64,000 nt of DNA from Candidatus Iainarchaeum sp. Its GTDB lineage: Archaea; Iainarchaeota; Iainarchaeia; Iainarchaeales; VGJJ01. The first letter of the stretch is position 1; each line of letters begins with the position of its first letter. The notes under the pieces were generated by a model. It ran no database searches. It saw only the letters and a list, made by a program, of their open reading frames with translations, and was not told the DNA's origin. Of this stretch, positions 48,971 to 58,989 are shown in pieces. A program made the position numbers and the translations under genes. Location of the stretch: the NCBI GenBank assembly GCA_043803765.1, contig JAZDJQ010000014.1, positions 1,382 to 65,381 of the forward strand, written 5' to 3'.

Positions 48971-49626
48971 GCCAATTCCACCCAGGGTATTTTTATAGCA
49001 GGCGACTCTCGTATATAAATATCAGTAAGGGAGCGCGTATGAACGAGGAAGTAGTGCATAATACCATCCAGAAAATGAGGGATGCCGGCCTTTCCGAGAG
49101 TGTGATTTCTTCCACGCTCACCGATTTGGGTCTTTCTCCAGCACAGACGCAGGCTTATTTGGCTGGGAGAAGCAGTCCTGTTCCTTCTCCTGTTTCTAAT
49201 TCTGTTTCGCAAGGCCAAAATGATTCGTCGCGTGGGGAAGAGTATTCTCCTTCTCTTTCGGATGCTGATCATGAAGTGATTTCGTCTCGTACGAGTGATA
49301 AGGTAGTGCAGCGTTTGGATGAGCGGAATTCTTTTCGTGAGGAAGAAAATTCTCTTAAGGATAATATTACGCATCTTGCATTGGAACAGCATGGGGTACA
49401 GTTGCGGGATACTCATCAGGCGGTTATTGAGTTGCATGATAAATTGGATGGAACGAATCTTGATACGATGTCCAGTCGTCTTAGTTCCCTTGTTACGCGT
49501 ATGGAACAGTTGCAGCAAAGTCAATCGGATACTAGGGCGTTGGCGGGGGCATTGCAATTATTATTACAGAAGGTGTTGGAGACAAATCAGCAAATTTTGT
49601 TTGAATTGAAGAAGGAAAAAAAATGA
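48964..49626 (+). CDS. Hypothetical coiled-coil protein.
   Basis: ORF only. Confidence 0.3.
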   Translation: MACQFHPGYFYSRRLSYINISKGARMNEEVVHNTIQKMRDAGLSESVISSTLTDLGLSPAQTQAYLAGRSSPVPSPVSNSVSQGQNDSSRGEEYSPSLSDADHEVISSRTSDKVVQRLDERNSFREEENSLKDNITHLALEQHGVQLRDTHQAVIELHDKLDGTNLDTMSSRLSSLVTRMEQLQQSQSDTRALAGALQLLLQKVLETNQQILFELKKEKK

Positions 49627-50132
49627 GGAAACCTTCAGCGCATAAGGGAATTATGGCGTTCCGCCGCAAAATAGCCAGGGGAGTGAAAGTGGATAGAGTA
49701 GTGTATACCGGTCGTGAGAGGAGGGCTTCTCCTAATCCTTGGTCAGGTCGCCGCGGAAAGAATGGTTGGAGGGTAGTGGGGGAGAATAGTTTCTTGAAAT
49801 CTTTTCCGGAAGAACACCGTGGAGAAGTGCAGAAGCAGATTCAGGCATTGCGGAATGTTTTCACAATAATGAAAAAAGAAGCAGGGGGGAACGAACGGGC
49901 GGCGAAGGCCCGTTTGATTAGATCACTAAATAGAATGGGGTTAGCCATCACCTATCGAGGGGAATTCCTAGGGGCGATACTGATTGAGGAGGTAGCGGTC
50001 GGGGAATCGAAAAGGTTTTCCAAAATCGCGTTTGATCCCATCCGGAACAAGTTCTACTATGTGAATACGCGCCGTCATCCTAATACGCTTACTGAAAGGG
50101 AGCCGGATTGGGATAAGATGGGTCGTGGATGA
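49623..50132 (+). CDS. Hypothetical protein.
   Basis: ORF only. Confidence 0.3.
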   Translation: MRKPSAHKGIMAFRRKIARGVKVDRVVYTGRERRASPNPWSGRRGKNGWRVVGENSFLKSFPEEHRGEVQKQIQALRNVFTIMKKEAGGNERAAKARLIRSLNRMGLAITYRGEFLGAILIEEVAVGESKRFSKIAFDPIRNKFYYVNTRRHPNTLTEREPDWDKMGRG

Positions 50133-50164
50133 TAGTGAAGGGGGGGAAATAGTTGGACTGGAAC

Positions 50165-50857
50165 CTATTTTCGTGCATAGAAAATGCTGAATGCTCCGTG
50201 CATCCATTTGATTTGAATGTTTTGAAAACCGGCTTCTTTTAGCAACTCGATTGATTCCATTGGTGTTAATGGATAATCGTGTTTTGTCTCCTTATCAAAA
50301 TTTTCTCGTGCGAATTCTTGGGTCGCTCCTTTTTCTAGGGCAAATCGAAGTCTTTGATTCAAGACGTGTTGTTGGATTTTCTCGTCGGAATATTTTATCA
50401 GGTCCGACCAGACCAATACTCCACCATCGGCGAGCCACCCGTTTATTCTTTCGAATAGTGCCGGCTTTCTTTTGTATGGCACATTATGCAGCACAATGTT
50501 GGATACTACCGCATCGTAGGATTCGTTTGGTAGAAAATCTAAAATGTCTTGGTTAATTACTTGCACTTTCCTAGCATATTGTTCCAGATTTATTCTTGAT
50601 GTCCTTGCCATGTCCGGTGAGGTTTCTACGCAGGCGATGGTTGAATTGGGTAGCTTTTGGAAAATCAGTCTCTCGATATTTCCTATGCCTGAACCGATGT
50701 CCAATATGCGAGTAGGAGAGAATAGTGTGAGTATGTCAGTCACTTCTTCTGCCATTTCATCGTATTTTGGTATAAATCGCCTTGCTTCTAGGAGATATTT
50801 TTCTCCTGTTCCTTGTGCAAGACTGCCATAGAATCCTTGAGCGACTCTATTGTCCAT
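50165..50857 (-). CDS. Class I SAM-dependent methyltransferase.
   Basis: Motif I ILDIGSGIGN. A start at MDNRVAQG (50857) avoids overlap with the next gene; the ORF track extends it to 50983. Confidence 0.7.
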   Translation of the reverse strand: MDNRVAQGFYGSLAQGTGEKYLLEARRFIPKYDEMAEEVTDILTLFSPTRILDIGSGIGNIERLIFQKLPNSTIACVETSPDMARTSRINLEQYARKVQVINQDILDFLPNESYDAVVSNIVLHNVPYKRKPALFERINGWLADGGVLVWSDLIKYSDEKIQQHVLNQRLRFALEKGATQEFARENFDKETKHDYPLTPMESIELLKEAGFQNIQIKWMHGAFSIFYARK

Positions 50858-50898
50858 ACAATGGAATGATACGAAGTTCTTATGAATCTTTAGATGGA

Positions 50899-51306
50899 TT
50901 ACTTGGAGAATAGTTTTCCTAAACTGTCGAGTATTTTTTGAGCGCTGTCCGCTGTTTTTTCTACTGGTTTTTTGATTGTCCATTTTGAGTTTTGGGCATC
51001 TCGATAACTTTTGGCGTGGCTTGGTGCCTGTTGTTCGTTTATTTTTTCCACTATTCCTTTTCCTACTGAGTCAAAAAAGTTTTTTGGATACTTTCCGTTT
51101 GTTGCTTCTAATTCCTTCATTTCTTCTTCATACACTTTTTTTGTTTTTTTTCCCATTCGGCGGATAGTGGAATTCGTTCCTTCTCCTGCACGTGCTAGGA
51201 AGTAGGCTAGAATAAGCAGTCCTGCAACGGCTATCCAAAATATTTGGTTGGTTTGAAATAGTATCCAGAGAAATACAGTAAGTGTGAGTAGGGAGAATGC
51301 ATTCAT
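50899..51306 (-). CDS. Small membrane protein.
   Basis: Two TM helices. Confidence 0.3.
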   Translation of the reverse strand: MNAFSLLTLTVFLWILFQTNQIFWIAVAGLLILAYFLARAGEGTNSTIRRMGKKTKKVYEEEMKELEATNGKYPKNFFDSVGKGIVEKINEQQAPSHAKSYRDAQNSKWTIKKPVEKTADSAQKILDSLGKLFSK

Positions 51307-51313
51307 AGGAGCA

Positions 51314-51676
51314 TCACCGATACTCCCCCATCCCGCCCATTCCACCCATTCCTCCATATTGGTCTCCTTGTCCTCCCATTCCTTGGAGCATGGCCATCAT
51401 GTCGGGGCTCATTCCTTCTGGAGTGTCTTCGGATGGTTTTACTCCTATGAGGTATGCGAGGATGACGAGTCCTACTATAATATAGAATAGTTCTCCTTGC
51501 AGTTCTCCCCCTAGGAAGAAGAAAGTAATCCCGGTTACGAGTGTGAGGAGTATTCCGGAGATGGAATGAAGGGATAGGAGTAGAAAGAGGAGAATGATTA
51601 ATCCTAACCATGTAATAGGATATTGCATGGCGATGGCAAGTAGAAAAACGGCCACGGCATATGTTAAAGTGTCCAC
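51314..51676 (-). CDS. Small membrane protein with a Gly/Met-rich C-terminus.
   Basis: TM helices; GMGGMGGMGEYR tail. Confidence 0.3.
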   Translation of the reverse strand: MDTLTYAVAVFLLAIAMQYPITWLGLIILLFLLLSLHSISGILLTLVTGITFFFLGGELQGELFYIIVGLVILAYLIGVKPSEDTPEGMSPDMMAMLQGMGGQGDQYGGMGGMGGMGEYR

Positions 51677-51691
51677 GTCATTCGTTCCTCC

Positions 51692-51937
51692 TTATTTGTC
51701 AAATATTCCTACTTTGGTGAATACGTCTTTTCCAAATGTGGCGAATGCCCACAATCCTACTAATAACCATACGAGTTCTGGGAACTGATAAAAAGTGAGG
51801 AATACAATCACGATTGCGGTTACAATAGCGAGGCGTGAACTTCCTACGTTTCCTTTTGCCCAGTTGTATATCCAGATGAATAGGAAAATGGTAATGGCCA
51901 AATGGACGTTGTCGAGCAAGGCGTCGTACCAGAGCAT
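51692..51937 (-). CDS. Small membrane protein.
   Basis: Two TM helices. Confidence 0.3.
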   Translation of the reverse strand: MLWYDALLDNVHLAITIFLFIWIYNWAKGNVGSSRLAIVTAIVIVFLTFYQFPELVWLLVGLWAFATFGKDVFTKVGIFDK

Positions 51938-51981
51938 ACGTACTATTGCGGCTGGATTGTCCTATTTAAGGGGTGCTCTTT

Positions 51982-53568
51982 TCACCCGTCATAGGAGCGG
52001 GATTCATCCGCATGATGCAGGTATTTTTCCCATGTTATGCGTCGTAGTTCTTCTCCTGTTTGGGTGGGGTATTTTCCGGTGAGGCAGGCGGTGCAGAGAT
52101 GTTCTTCGTCCAGTTGCAGTGCGGTAAATAATCCTTTTAGTGTTTGATAGTGCAGTGTTTCGACTCCTATTTCGTGTGCGAGTTTTTTTTCAATCGTGTG
52201 AATAATTTCTTCTTTTTCTTGGGTTATTGTTTGAGCGTAGGGTACGGCTGCCAGTTCTTTGTAGGTTGTCATGTCGATTCCATAGAAACAGGGGTGGAGA
52301 ATAGGAGGGCAGGAGATTCGGGCGTGGACTTCAAGCGCTTTTCCTTCTTTTCGAATGCGTTCAGCTAGTATTCGTAGCGTATTTCCTCGTACGAGGGAGT
52401 CCTCTACGAGTATGACTTTTTTTCCTTTTAGTACCGATGCATTGATCGTGAATTTTTCTTTTATTTTGTCTTGCCATTCTCCTCCTTCAATGAATGTTCT
52501 TCCTATGTATCGGTTTCGTAGTAATCCTTCTTTTGCTGGCAGGTTAAGTGTGTAGGCATATCCGTCTGCTGCGGGTTTGCTTGTATCCGGTACATTGACT
52601 ACAATATAGTCTGTTCGATTTGTTTTGATTTTTTCATTTTGTGCGAGTTGTACTCCTAATTGGTAGCGTGTTTCATAAACTGGCCTAGTTGAGAGTGTGC
52701 TTCCTGCTGATGCAAAATAGACCCATTCGAACATGCAGTGTGCGGACTGTTCGTGTGTTCCCATATATCTCGTATGAGTAAGTTTGTTGTGATGCACGCG
52801 CAGTATTTCTCCTGGTTTGATGTCGTGTATTCCATTGGGTACGAAGGGTAGGATGGCACAGTTTTCACTTGCTGCGAGGAAAAAATCGGGCGTGTCTACG
52901 TAGCATAGTGGTTTGAATCCTTTTGGGTCGCGTGCAAGAACGAGTTCTCCCATTGCGTTGATAAAAGCAAGTGAGTAGGCTCCTTCTGCTTGTTCAAATA
53001 AATCGTGGAATGCGTTTTCGATTGGTCGTGGTTCATCGCTTCCGAGTTGATGGGCAATAAGGTGCATGAGTGTTTCGGTGTCTGATTTTCCATGAAAATA
53101 ATAGGATTCTTTAACTAAGTGTTCTCGTATGTGCGGTGCATTAGTAATCGTTCCATTGAATGCGTAGGCGAACCATTTCCACATTCGTGCGTGTGTTCGT
53201 TCAAAGGGTTGGGCGTCATCGCATGTGTTGCTTCCGCTTGTAGAATAGCGTGTGTGGCCGATTCCTATTGTTCCTTCGTTTTGTGTAAGGGTGTTTTTTC
53301 CTTTTTCAGTATCACCTAGGGAGAATACCTCATGTACGAGTCCGTTTCCTTTGTGCGTGCGGATGAGTGGGACTCGTTTTTCGTGGTAGGTTGAAATGCC
53401 GGCGGATAATTGTCCGCGATGTTGGAGTTGTTGGAGCATTTTTTGGAGGAAGAATGCCGCTCCTCCTGGTGGATAATGCGATAATTCCTTTTTGAGGTAG
53501 ACGGCGGCAATACCGCAGGCTTCATGCGGGTGTGTATTAAAAGTAATGGGGGTGGATTTCATTCTCAT
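51982..53568 (-). CDS. purF: Amidophosphoribosyltransferase.
   Basis: Ntn Cys in ACGIAAV; PRTase motif VILVEDSLVRGNT. Confidence 0.85.
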   Translation of the reverse strand: MRMKSTPITFNTHPHEACGIAAVYLKKELSHYPPGGAAFFLQKMLQQLQHRGQLSAGISTYHEKRVPLIRTHKGNGLVHEVFSLGDTEKGKNTLTQNEGTIGIGHTRYSTSGSNTCDDAQPFERTHARMWKWFAYAFNGTITNAPHIREHLVKESYYFHGKSDTETLMHLIAHQLGSDEPRPIENAFHDLFEQAEGAYSLAFINAMGELVLARDPKGFKPLCYVDTPDFFLAASENCAILPFVPNGIHDIKPGEILRVHHNKLTHTRYMGTHEQSAHCMFEWVYFASAGSTLSTRPVYETRYQLGVQLAQNEKIKTNRTDYIVVNVPDTSKPAADGYAYTLNLPAKEGLLRNRYIGRTFIEGGEWQDKIKEKFTINASVLKGKKVILVEDSLVRGNTLRILAERIRKEGKALEVHARISCPPILHPCFYGIDMTTYKELAAVPYAQTITQEKEEIIHTIEKKLAHEIGVETLHYQTLKGLFTALQLDEEHLCTACLTGKYPTQTGEELRRITWEKYLHHADESRSYDG

Positions 53569-53611
53569 TAGTTGGTTTTCAATCTACTTAAACGTAAGGA
53601 GGGAAAACGAA

Positions 53612-54337
53612 TTAGGAATCCCCGCCTAATCCGGCTGCTGCTTCATAGCGATTAGTAAATTTTCTTTCTCGTCTCTTTCGTTTGGGTCCGCGGTCTTCTC
53701 CTTCTCCATCTTTTATGGGGTATTCGAAATCCTCTACTTTTTTTGGAAACGCTTCTTCGTTTGGAATGTCTCCTTTTTGAAGCATTATTTCTTTGGCTAA
53801 TAGCCAGTACACGAGTGCAAGGGATTTTCTTCCTTTGTTGTTGATGGGGATAACCACGTCCACGTTTGCGAGGACATTGTTTGTGGAGGCGAGTGCTACT
53901 ACTACTGCGCGTACTTTGCTTGCTTCGGCGATCGCTTGTGCGTCGGATTCGGGTTCGGTAATAATAACAAGTTGGGGTTGGATGAATTCTTTTCCTTCTG
54001 GATTGGTGAATGTTCCGGGTACGAATCTCCCGGTAATCGCATACGCTCCTATGCTTTTGGCGAATTCCTCTGCGGGTGTTTTTCCATAGAGTTTTCGTGA
54101 GACGATTACTATTTTCTTTGAGTCGAACTTTGAAAGGAATTGTCCTACTTGTTTTACTCGTTCGTCGATTACTTGTACGTCTAATACTTTCAATCCGTCT
54201 TTGCGTTGTTTGTAGATATAGCGCAACATGTCCCCGCTCTTGAATCGGGTTCCGATGTGTGCCCCGGTGGTGAGGTATTTTTCGATTGCCGGATTGGCAA
54301 CCGGAACATTTTGGTTGTCTTCTTGGATATCAGTCAT
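53612..54337 (-). CDS. rps2: 30S ribosomal protein S2 (uS2).
   Basis: YLTTGAHIGTRF...; archaeal uS2 with a C-terminal acidic/basic tail. Confidence 0.85.
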   Translation of the reverse strand: MTDIQEDNQNVPVANPAIEKYLTTGAHIGTRFKSGDMLRYIYKQRKDGLKVLDVQVIDERVKQVGQFLSKFDSKKIVIVSRKLYGKTPAEEFAKSIGAYAITGRFVPGTFTNPEGKEFIQPQLVIITEPESDAQAIAEASKVRAVVVALASTNNVLANVDVVIPINNKGRKSLALVYWLLAKEIMLQKGDIPNEEAFPKKVEDFEYPIKDGEGEDRGPKRKRRERKFTNRYEAAAGLGGDS

Positions 54338-54360
54338 ATATTTTCGTTCCTCTTAATCAT

Positions 54361-54555
54361 TTAGGTATTGTATCTCATTACATCGTCAATGAGCTCAACG
54401 TGTGCCATGAGCATGCGGCGGCAACAATAGCGTGTTATGCCAAGTTCTTTGAATACTTCTTCGGGTGTTTCTCCTTTTAGCGTTCGCTGTTTGTATTCTT
54501 CGAATTGTCCGGCGAGGGGTTTTCCGCAGGAAAAGCATCGGATGGGTGTGATCAT
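54361..54555 (-). CDS. rpoN: DNA-directed RNA polymerase subunit N (Rpo10).
   Basis: MITPIRCFSCGK...RYCCRRM. Confidence 0.8.
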   Translation of the reverse strand: MITPIRCFSCGKPLAGQFEEYKQRTLKGETPEEVFKELGITRYCCRRMLMAHVELIDDVMRYNT

Positions 54556-54575
54556 GGTTTTTCGTTCCTCCTGTT

Positions 54576-54983
54576 TCATCGTTTTGAGTGTTGTTTCTTA
54601 GTACGTGCTTTTGGTCCTAATGGCTTTTTGGGTTCTGTTCGGCGGGAATCGTCGACTAATAGCATTCGGTCGTATGCTAAATATTTCTTTTTGAGTTTTT
54701 CGTCTCGTGTGTAGCCCATAATTGCTTTTGCGATACTGGTTCGGGCGGCGACGGCTTGGCTCATGGCTCCTGACCCTGTTACGTTGACGGAAATGTTGAT
54801 TCCTTGTATTGCGTCTCCTGCAAGAATGATAGGTTCTCGTATGAGGGCTTGGACAATGGCCGGTTCTACTAGTTCTAGTCTTCGTGAGTTAATACGTATA
54901 ATTCCTTTTCCTTCTGATACGGTTGCTTTGGCGACGGCTTCTTTTTTGGTTGCTTTGAATTGTGTTTCTTTTTTCTTTGCCAT
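54576..54983 (-). CDS. rps9: 30S ribosomal protein S9 (uS9).
   Basis: GGGAMSQAVAARTSIAKA; C-terminal ...KARTKKQHSKR. Confidence 0.85.
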   Translation of the reverse strand: MAKKKETQFKATKKEAVAKATVSEGKGIIRINSRRLELVEPAIVQALIREPIILAGDAIQGINISVNVTGSGAMSQAVAARTSIAKAIMGYTRDEKLKKKYLAYDRMLLVDDSRRTEPKKPLGPKARTKKQHSKR

Positions 54984-54987
54984 ACTG

Positions 54988-55476
54988 TTATCCCTTCACC
55001 GGTTGATGATATCCTAGTGCGCGTGCTAATTCCAATACGCTTGTAATGTTTTTTGTTTTGGTGTTGCGTGCTTTCTCGAATATTTCGATTCCTTCTTTTT
55101 TGACGTTCGACGGAATGCCAATGTATGTTTTGAGTCGTCTCATGGCATCGCGTCCCCGTTCTTGTTTAGAGGGAACCATTCCTTCTACTATTTCGCGTAC
55201 AATACGGTCGGGTGTTTTGTGGAATATTGGTCCGTATTCGGGGTTTCCTCTTGGTCGTAAATCCAATCGTGTCTGCCATCGCTTTACTAGTAATCGGTCA
55301 TTTCCTGTGAATACGGCTTTTTCCGTGTTAATGATAATAATCGTGTCTCCTTTTAGTAGTTTTTCTGCCACGAGGCTGGCCATTCTTCCTACGATGAGGT
55401 TGGTAGCATCAATCGTGTGCGTTCGCTGCATTTTTACCGTAATGGTCTTTTTTGTTGTTTGGTTTGGAGTAGTCAT
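54988..55476 (-). CDS. rpl13: 50S ribosomal protein L13 (uL13).
   Basis: Conserved uL13 core. Gene order L18e-L13-S9-RpoN-S2. Confidence 0.85.
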   Translation of the reverse strand: MTTPNQTTKKTITVKMQRTHTIDATNLIVGRMASLVAEKLLKGDTIIIINTEKAVFTGNDRLLVKRWQTRLDLRPRGNPEYGPIFHKTPDRIVREIVEGMVPSKQERGRDAMRRLKTYIGIPSNVKKEGIEIFEKARNTKTKNITSVLELARALGYHQPVKG

Positions 55477-55483
55477 AGGAGTA

Positions 55484-55852
55484 TTATTTCACCAATACTA
55501 GTTTTTTGGATGGGATTTTTTCCTTTACTAATTCTTCTAATAGGTGTGCTTTTCCTTTTGCTTCTTCTATTTTTCTCTTGGCGCTTCCCGTATAACGTAA
55601 TGCGGCTACGTGGATTGGCTGGTTAAGTGTTCCATTTCCTAATACGATTCCCGGTACCAAAAGTATTTTGTCGGGGTGGGTTGTTCCCATTTTGTTGAGA
55701 TGCGTTAAGTTTACCTCTGTTCGTCTTCGTGTGGAAGTGGTGAGTAAAGTAGAGAGTACAGTATAGGCTCCTTCTTTGGTTGCCTTTCCATGTTTCTCAA
55801 TGGCAACTACCAGGGCTCTGGTTCTAATGTGGGTTGGTCCGGTGCGTTTCAT
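55484..55852 (-). CDS. rpl18e: 50S ribosomal protein L18e.
   Basis: MKRTGPTHIRTRALV... Confidence 0.8.
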   Translation of the reverse strand: MKRTGPTHIRTRALVVAIEKHGKATKEGAYTVLSTLLTTSTRRRTEVNLTHLNKMGTTHPDKILLVPGIVLGNGTLNQPIHVAALRYTGSAKRKIEEAKGKAHLLEELVKEKIPSKKLVLVK

Positions 55853-55887
55853 AGTAAATCATGGATTGTTTTTTTCTTGTTTGAAAT

Positions 55888-55971
55888 GCAGGAGACAGGA
55901 TTCGAACCTGCGAAGGCACTAAGCCACGGGATCTTAAGTCCCGCCCCTTTGACCGCTCGGGAACTCCTGCG
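55888..55971 (-). tRNA. tRNA-Leu (anticodon UAA), long variable arm.
   Basis: Manual fold: GCAGGAG...CGGGA-CTTAAGA-TCCCG; long variable arm; GCAGG-TTCGAAT-CCTGT-CTCCTGC-A. Confidence 0.8.
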
Positions 55972-56038
55972 GGTAGCAAGAAATGGACCCCGATAGCGTT
56001 AATAAGGTGGGCTTTTTCTCCCTTTTTTTCACGTGGTG

Positions 56039-56806
56039 TTACAACCCCTCCTCGATTTGGTGATGGAAATCTTTTGTTTTTTCGATTAATACGTTGCAGG
56101 CTGAATGGAGGATGTCCTTGTTGCTCATTCCCCCGTGCGTTTCCATCATGAGAATAAACCCTGAGTCATCGGCATCTACTTGGATGTGTTGGCTTCCCCC
56201 TACTTCCTCGCAACGTCCGCAGAGGGTACAGTCTCCTGCTTCGGTGATGCTGAGTTTTTTTCCTTTTGTTTCGATAATGTTGACGGGGCAGCTTTTGATT
56301 ATTTTTTCCATTATTGCGGGAGAAATAGTATCGGCGATGGTGAAAATGGGGAGGGCGCGGTATCCTATTACGGCGGGTTGGAACTTGACATGGTCTTTTC
56401 CTTGTCCCATGATGGCTTCTCCTTCTAGTCGGATGCGTTGGTCTGCTTTAAGTTTTGTGAGTGGTATTTTTTCATCGACTATTTTGATTCCGGGGTCGGC
56501 TATTTTGATGTCTTTGCTGTATACCGTTCCGGGCCCTGCTATGTCAAGGGAGATTTTTATTTTGTCTCCTAATTTGTATGATTTAACATCCGTTGTGAGT
56601 GGGATAAGTCCGAGTCGGTGGCCTAAAAACTCGTCAAATAATACCCCGTTATTTTCGTAGATGGATAATTCTTCGATTGCGAGAGTGGGAACTTCGCTCA
56701 TTACTACTCGGCGAAGCGCGTTGATTGTAGATGTACTTGTTCCTTTGATTAAAATGTGGGAAGTATTTCCCTTATCCGTTAATACTTTGATTGCGTTTCG
56801 TGCCAT
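56039..56806 (-). CDS. rpoD: DNA-directed RNA polymerase subunit D (Rpo3).
   Basis: Archaeal RpoD fold with Cys cluster CTLCGRC. Confidence 0.85.
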   Translation of the reverse strand: MARNAIKVLTDKGNTSHILIKGTSTSTINALRRVVMSEVPTLAIEELSIYENNGVLFDEFLGHRLGLIPLTTDVKSYKLGDKIKISLDIAGPGTVYSKDIKIADPGIKIVDEKIPLTKLKADQRIRLEGEAIMGQGKDHVKFQPAVIGYRALPIFTIADTISPAIMEKIIKSCPVNIIETKGKKLSITEAGDCTLCGRCEEVGGSQHIQVDADDSGFILMMETHGGMSNKDILHSACNVLIEKTKDFHHQIEEGL

Positions 56807-56824
56807 ATGTTGTAGTCCTCCATC

Positions 56825-57229
56825 CTAGACTTTCTTGCTCCGGTGTTTCTTTTTCTTTCGTGTTCCATCGTGCGGGGTAGGAGTTACATTCTCAATGGAG
56901 AGGATGCGTATCCCATTTCGTGTTAAGCTTCGAATGCCTGCTTCTGCTCCCTGCCCCGGGTTGCGTGGTCGTATTCCTCCTTTGGCGCGCACACGCACAT
57001 GTACGGTGAAAATTCCTTTTTCTCTTGCTTTTTGGGCGATGATTTCGGCTATTTTCATTGCGGCGTACGGGCTTCCTTCTTTATGCTGTGTTTTGATAAC
57101 GACTCCGCCTGAGCACTTGGCCAGTGTCTCGGACCCTGTGGCGTCGGTTAGGAGCATGATGGTGTTGTTGTGCGTTGCGAAAATGTGCACTAATCCTATT
57201 TTGTCTTCGCGTCCGGTCATGGTATTCAC
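56825..57229 (-). CDS. rps11: 30S ribosomal protein S11 (uS11).
   Basis: Conserved uS11 core. Confidence 0.85.
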   Translation of the reverse strand: MNTMTGREDKIGLVHIFATHNNTIMLLTDATGSETLAKCSGGVVIKTQHKEGSPYAAMKIAEIIAQKAREKGIFTVHVRVRAKGGIRPRNPGQGAEAGIRSLTRNGIRILSIENVTPTPHDGTRKKKKHRSKKV

Positions 57230-57882
57230 TTCCCTTCCTTTGTTTCGGCTTCATTCAATGCATCGGTTGCATCGGGCGATACGGGTTTTTCTGTTTCTTC
57301 TCCTGCTAATACTGTTTCTACTCCTGTTGGTTCGCCCCGCATTTCGGCGAAGTCTTTTTCGATTTGTTTTTTATCCTTTTTTGCTGTTTCTGGACTTTCG
57401 AGTATCATGGGTTTTCCAAAATAGGCGATGGTTGCTTCTTCTTCTTTTGTTACCATGTAGGATGGAATGGTTACTTTTTTGTTATTGATTCCAATATGAC
57501 CGTGCGTAATGAATTGTCGTGCCTGTTTGGTGGTGTTGGCTAAGTGTTTTCTCCATACAATTGTTTGAAGCCTTCTTTCCATTAGGCTTTCGAGTGTTAA
57601 TCCTAATACTTCGCTCACGGTTGGTTTTCCTCTCATTATCCCTGCGTGTACAAGTGAATTGAGTAGTTCTTTTTCTTTTTCTACTCTTTTTTCCAGTGGG
57701 AGCGCTAATACTTTTTTGGCGTTCGCTCTTTTGTTTCGCAGTAATTCATTCACTCGCCGTAACTCGCGTTTATTGTGAAGGCCGTATAATTCAAGTGTTT
57801 CTTTTTCTTGGTCTAACAGCTTTTTATCCCACGGCTTCTTGGGGTTGCTGTATTTTTTTCGTGCGAATCTTGGGTCTCCCAT
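57226..57882 (-). CDS. rps4: 30S ribosomal protein S4 (uS4).
   Basis: MGDPRFARKKYSNPKKPW... Confidence 0.85.
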   Translation of the reverse strand: MGDPRFARKKYSNPKKPWDKKLLDQEKETLELYGLHNKRELRRVNELLRNKRANAKKVLALPLEKRVEKEKELLNSLVHAGIMRGKPTVSEVLGLTLESLMERRLQTIVWRKHLANTTKQARQFITHGHIGINNKKVTIPSYMVTKEEEATIAYFGKPMILESPETAKKDKKQIEKDFAEMRGEPTGVETVLAGEETEKPVSPDATDALNEAETKEGK

Positions 57883-57894
57883 GTGTGTTCACCT

Positions 57895-58410
57895 TTATTT
57901 TTTCTTTGCTCCGGTTTCCGGTGCCGCTGGTTTTCCTGCAGTAGCGGGCTTTTCTTCTTTCTTCTTTTCTACTCCTACTGCTGCTCCTTTGTTTCGTCCG
58001 CTTGTTTTGGTGCGTTGTCCTCGTACGGTTAGGCCGAGTGAGTGGCGTATTCCTTTGTAGGATCGGAGTTTCTTCATTGTTTGCAAATCGTTTCGGATGG
58101 CAAAGTCGAGTTCATTTGTTACAAGGTGGGCCGTGTTTCCGTTTATTGCGCGTCGGCGGTTCAGCATCCATTCGGGGATGCGATGCTGGTCAGGGTGCAT
58201 GACAATATCCTCTAGTTTGGCATCCTGTTCTTCAGTAATGCTTCCTAATGGAGCGGTATGGGCTACTCCAAATTCTTTTTCGAATTGGTAGGCTATTGCG
58301 CGTGCCATTCGGGTTCCAATTCCTTTGATTCCGGTTAGTGCCCTGAAAATGGGCTTGTTTCCGTTTAGGTCGCGGTTGGCAATTCGTACAAAGTAGCGGT
58401 GTTCGGCCAT
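57895..58410 (-). CDS. rps13: 30S ribosomal protein S13 (uS13).
   Basis: ...GIGTRMARAI...; Lys-rich C-terminal tail. Confidence 0.85.
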   Translation of the reverse strand: MAEHRYFVRIANRDLNGNKPIFRALTGIKGIGTRMARAIAYQFEKEFGVAHTAPLGSITEEQDAKLEDIVMHPDQHRIPEWMLNRRRAINGNTAHLVTNELDFAIRNDLQTMKKLRSYKGIRHSLGLTVRGQRTKTSGRNKGAAVGVEKKKEEKPATAGKPAAPETGAKKK

Positions 58411-58423
58411 ACTGTTTTCTCCT

Positions 58424-58651
58424 TTATCCTTTCAGCGCCTCGCTGAGTTGTTTTCGAGTGTAATTTTCTGGAAGGCTGATGATTTGACTTGTTGGGAGTA
58501 AGTGTTGGATGTTTGCTTTTGATTTTTTGGTTTGCGGTCCTTCAATTACTACCATTCCTTTTTTTGTTTTTTCTAAAACAATTACTTTTTGTCCTGCATC
58601 TCGTCCGTGTGTTTTGTAGCACACTCTTCCCTGCGTGAATATTTCAATCAT
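58424..58651 (-). CDS. rpl14e: 50S ribosomal protein L14e (KOW domain).
   Basis: GRVCYKTHGRDAGQKVIV. Confidence 0.75.
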   Translation of the reverse strand: MIEIFTQGRVCYKTHGRDAGQKVIVLEKTKKGMVVIEGPQTKKSKANIQHLLPTSQIISLPENYTRKQLSEALKG

Positions 58652-58989
58652 GCGCTCACCTTTTTGTCAAGCTGTTGTACGTAGGGTTTGATTCGTAAAT
58701 CTAAATCGTTTGTTTTTTTGGTTCCTGTTTTTACTCGAATTGTTTCAATAATCACTTTGCTTCGGCATTCTGAGCACAAAATGCCTGCGAACACTCCAGT
58801 GGGGCGTCGTTGTGTTTTTGTTTTTCCTTTTCGTTGTGCGTTATTTAGTCCGTTGGGAACTCCGTGAAGATTTTTTTGGCATAATGCGCACGTAAGTTTA
58901 GCGTGCTTTTTTCCTTTAACCACCATCTTGGTTCCTTTAGCGGTGCGGCGGAAGACGCGGTGTTTTCTTCTATCGGATTTAGTTGGCAT
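58648..58989 (-). CDS. rpl34e: 50S ribosomal protein L34e.
   Basis: MPTKSDRRKHRV...CALC...CSEC zinc-ribbon form. Confidence 0.75.
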   Translation of the reverse strand: MPTKSDRRKHRVFRRTAKGTKMVVKGKKHAKLTCALCQKNLHGVPNGLNNAQRKGKTKTQRRPTGVFAGILCSECRSKVIIETIRVKTGTKKTNDLDLRIKPYVQQLDKKVSA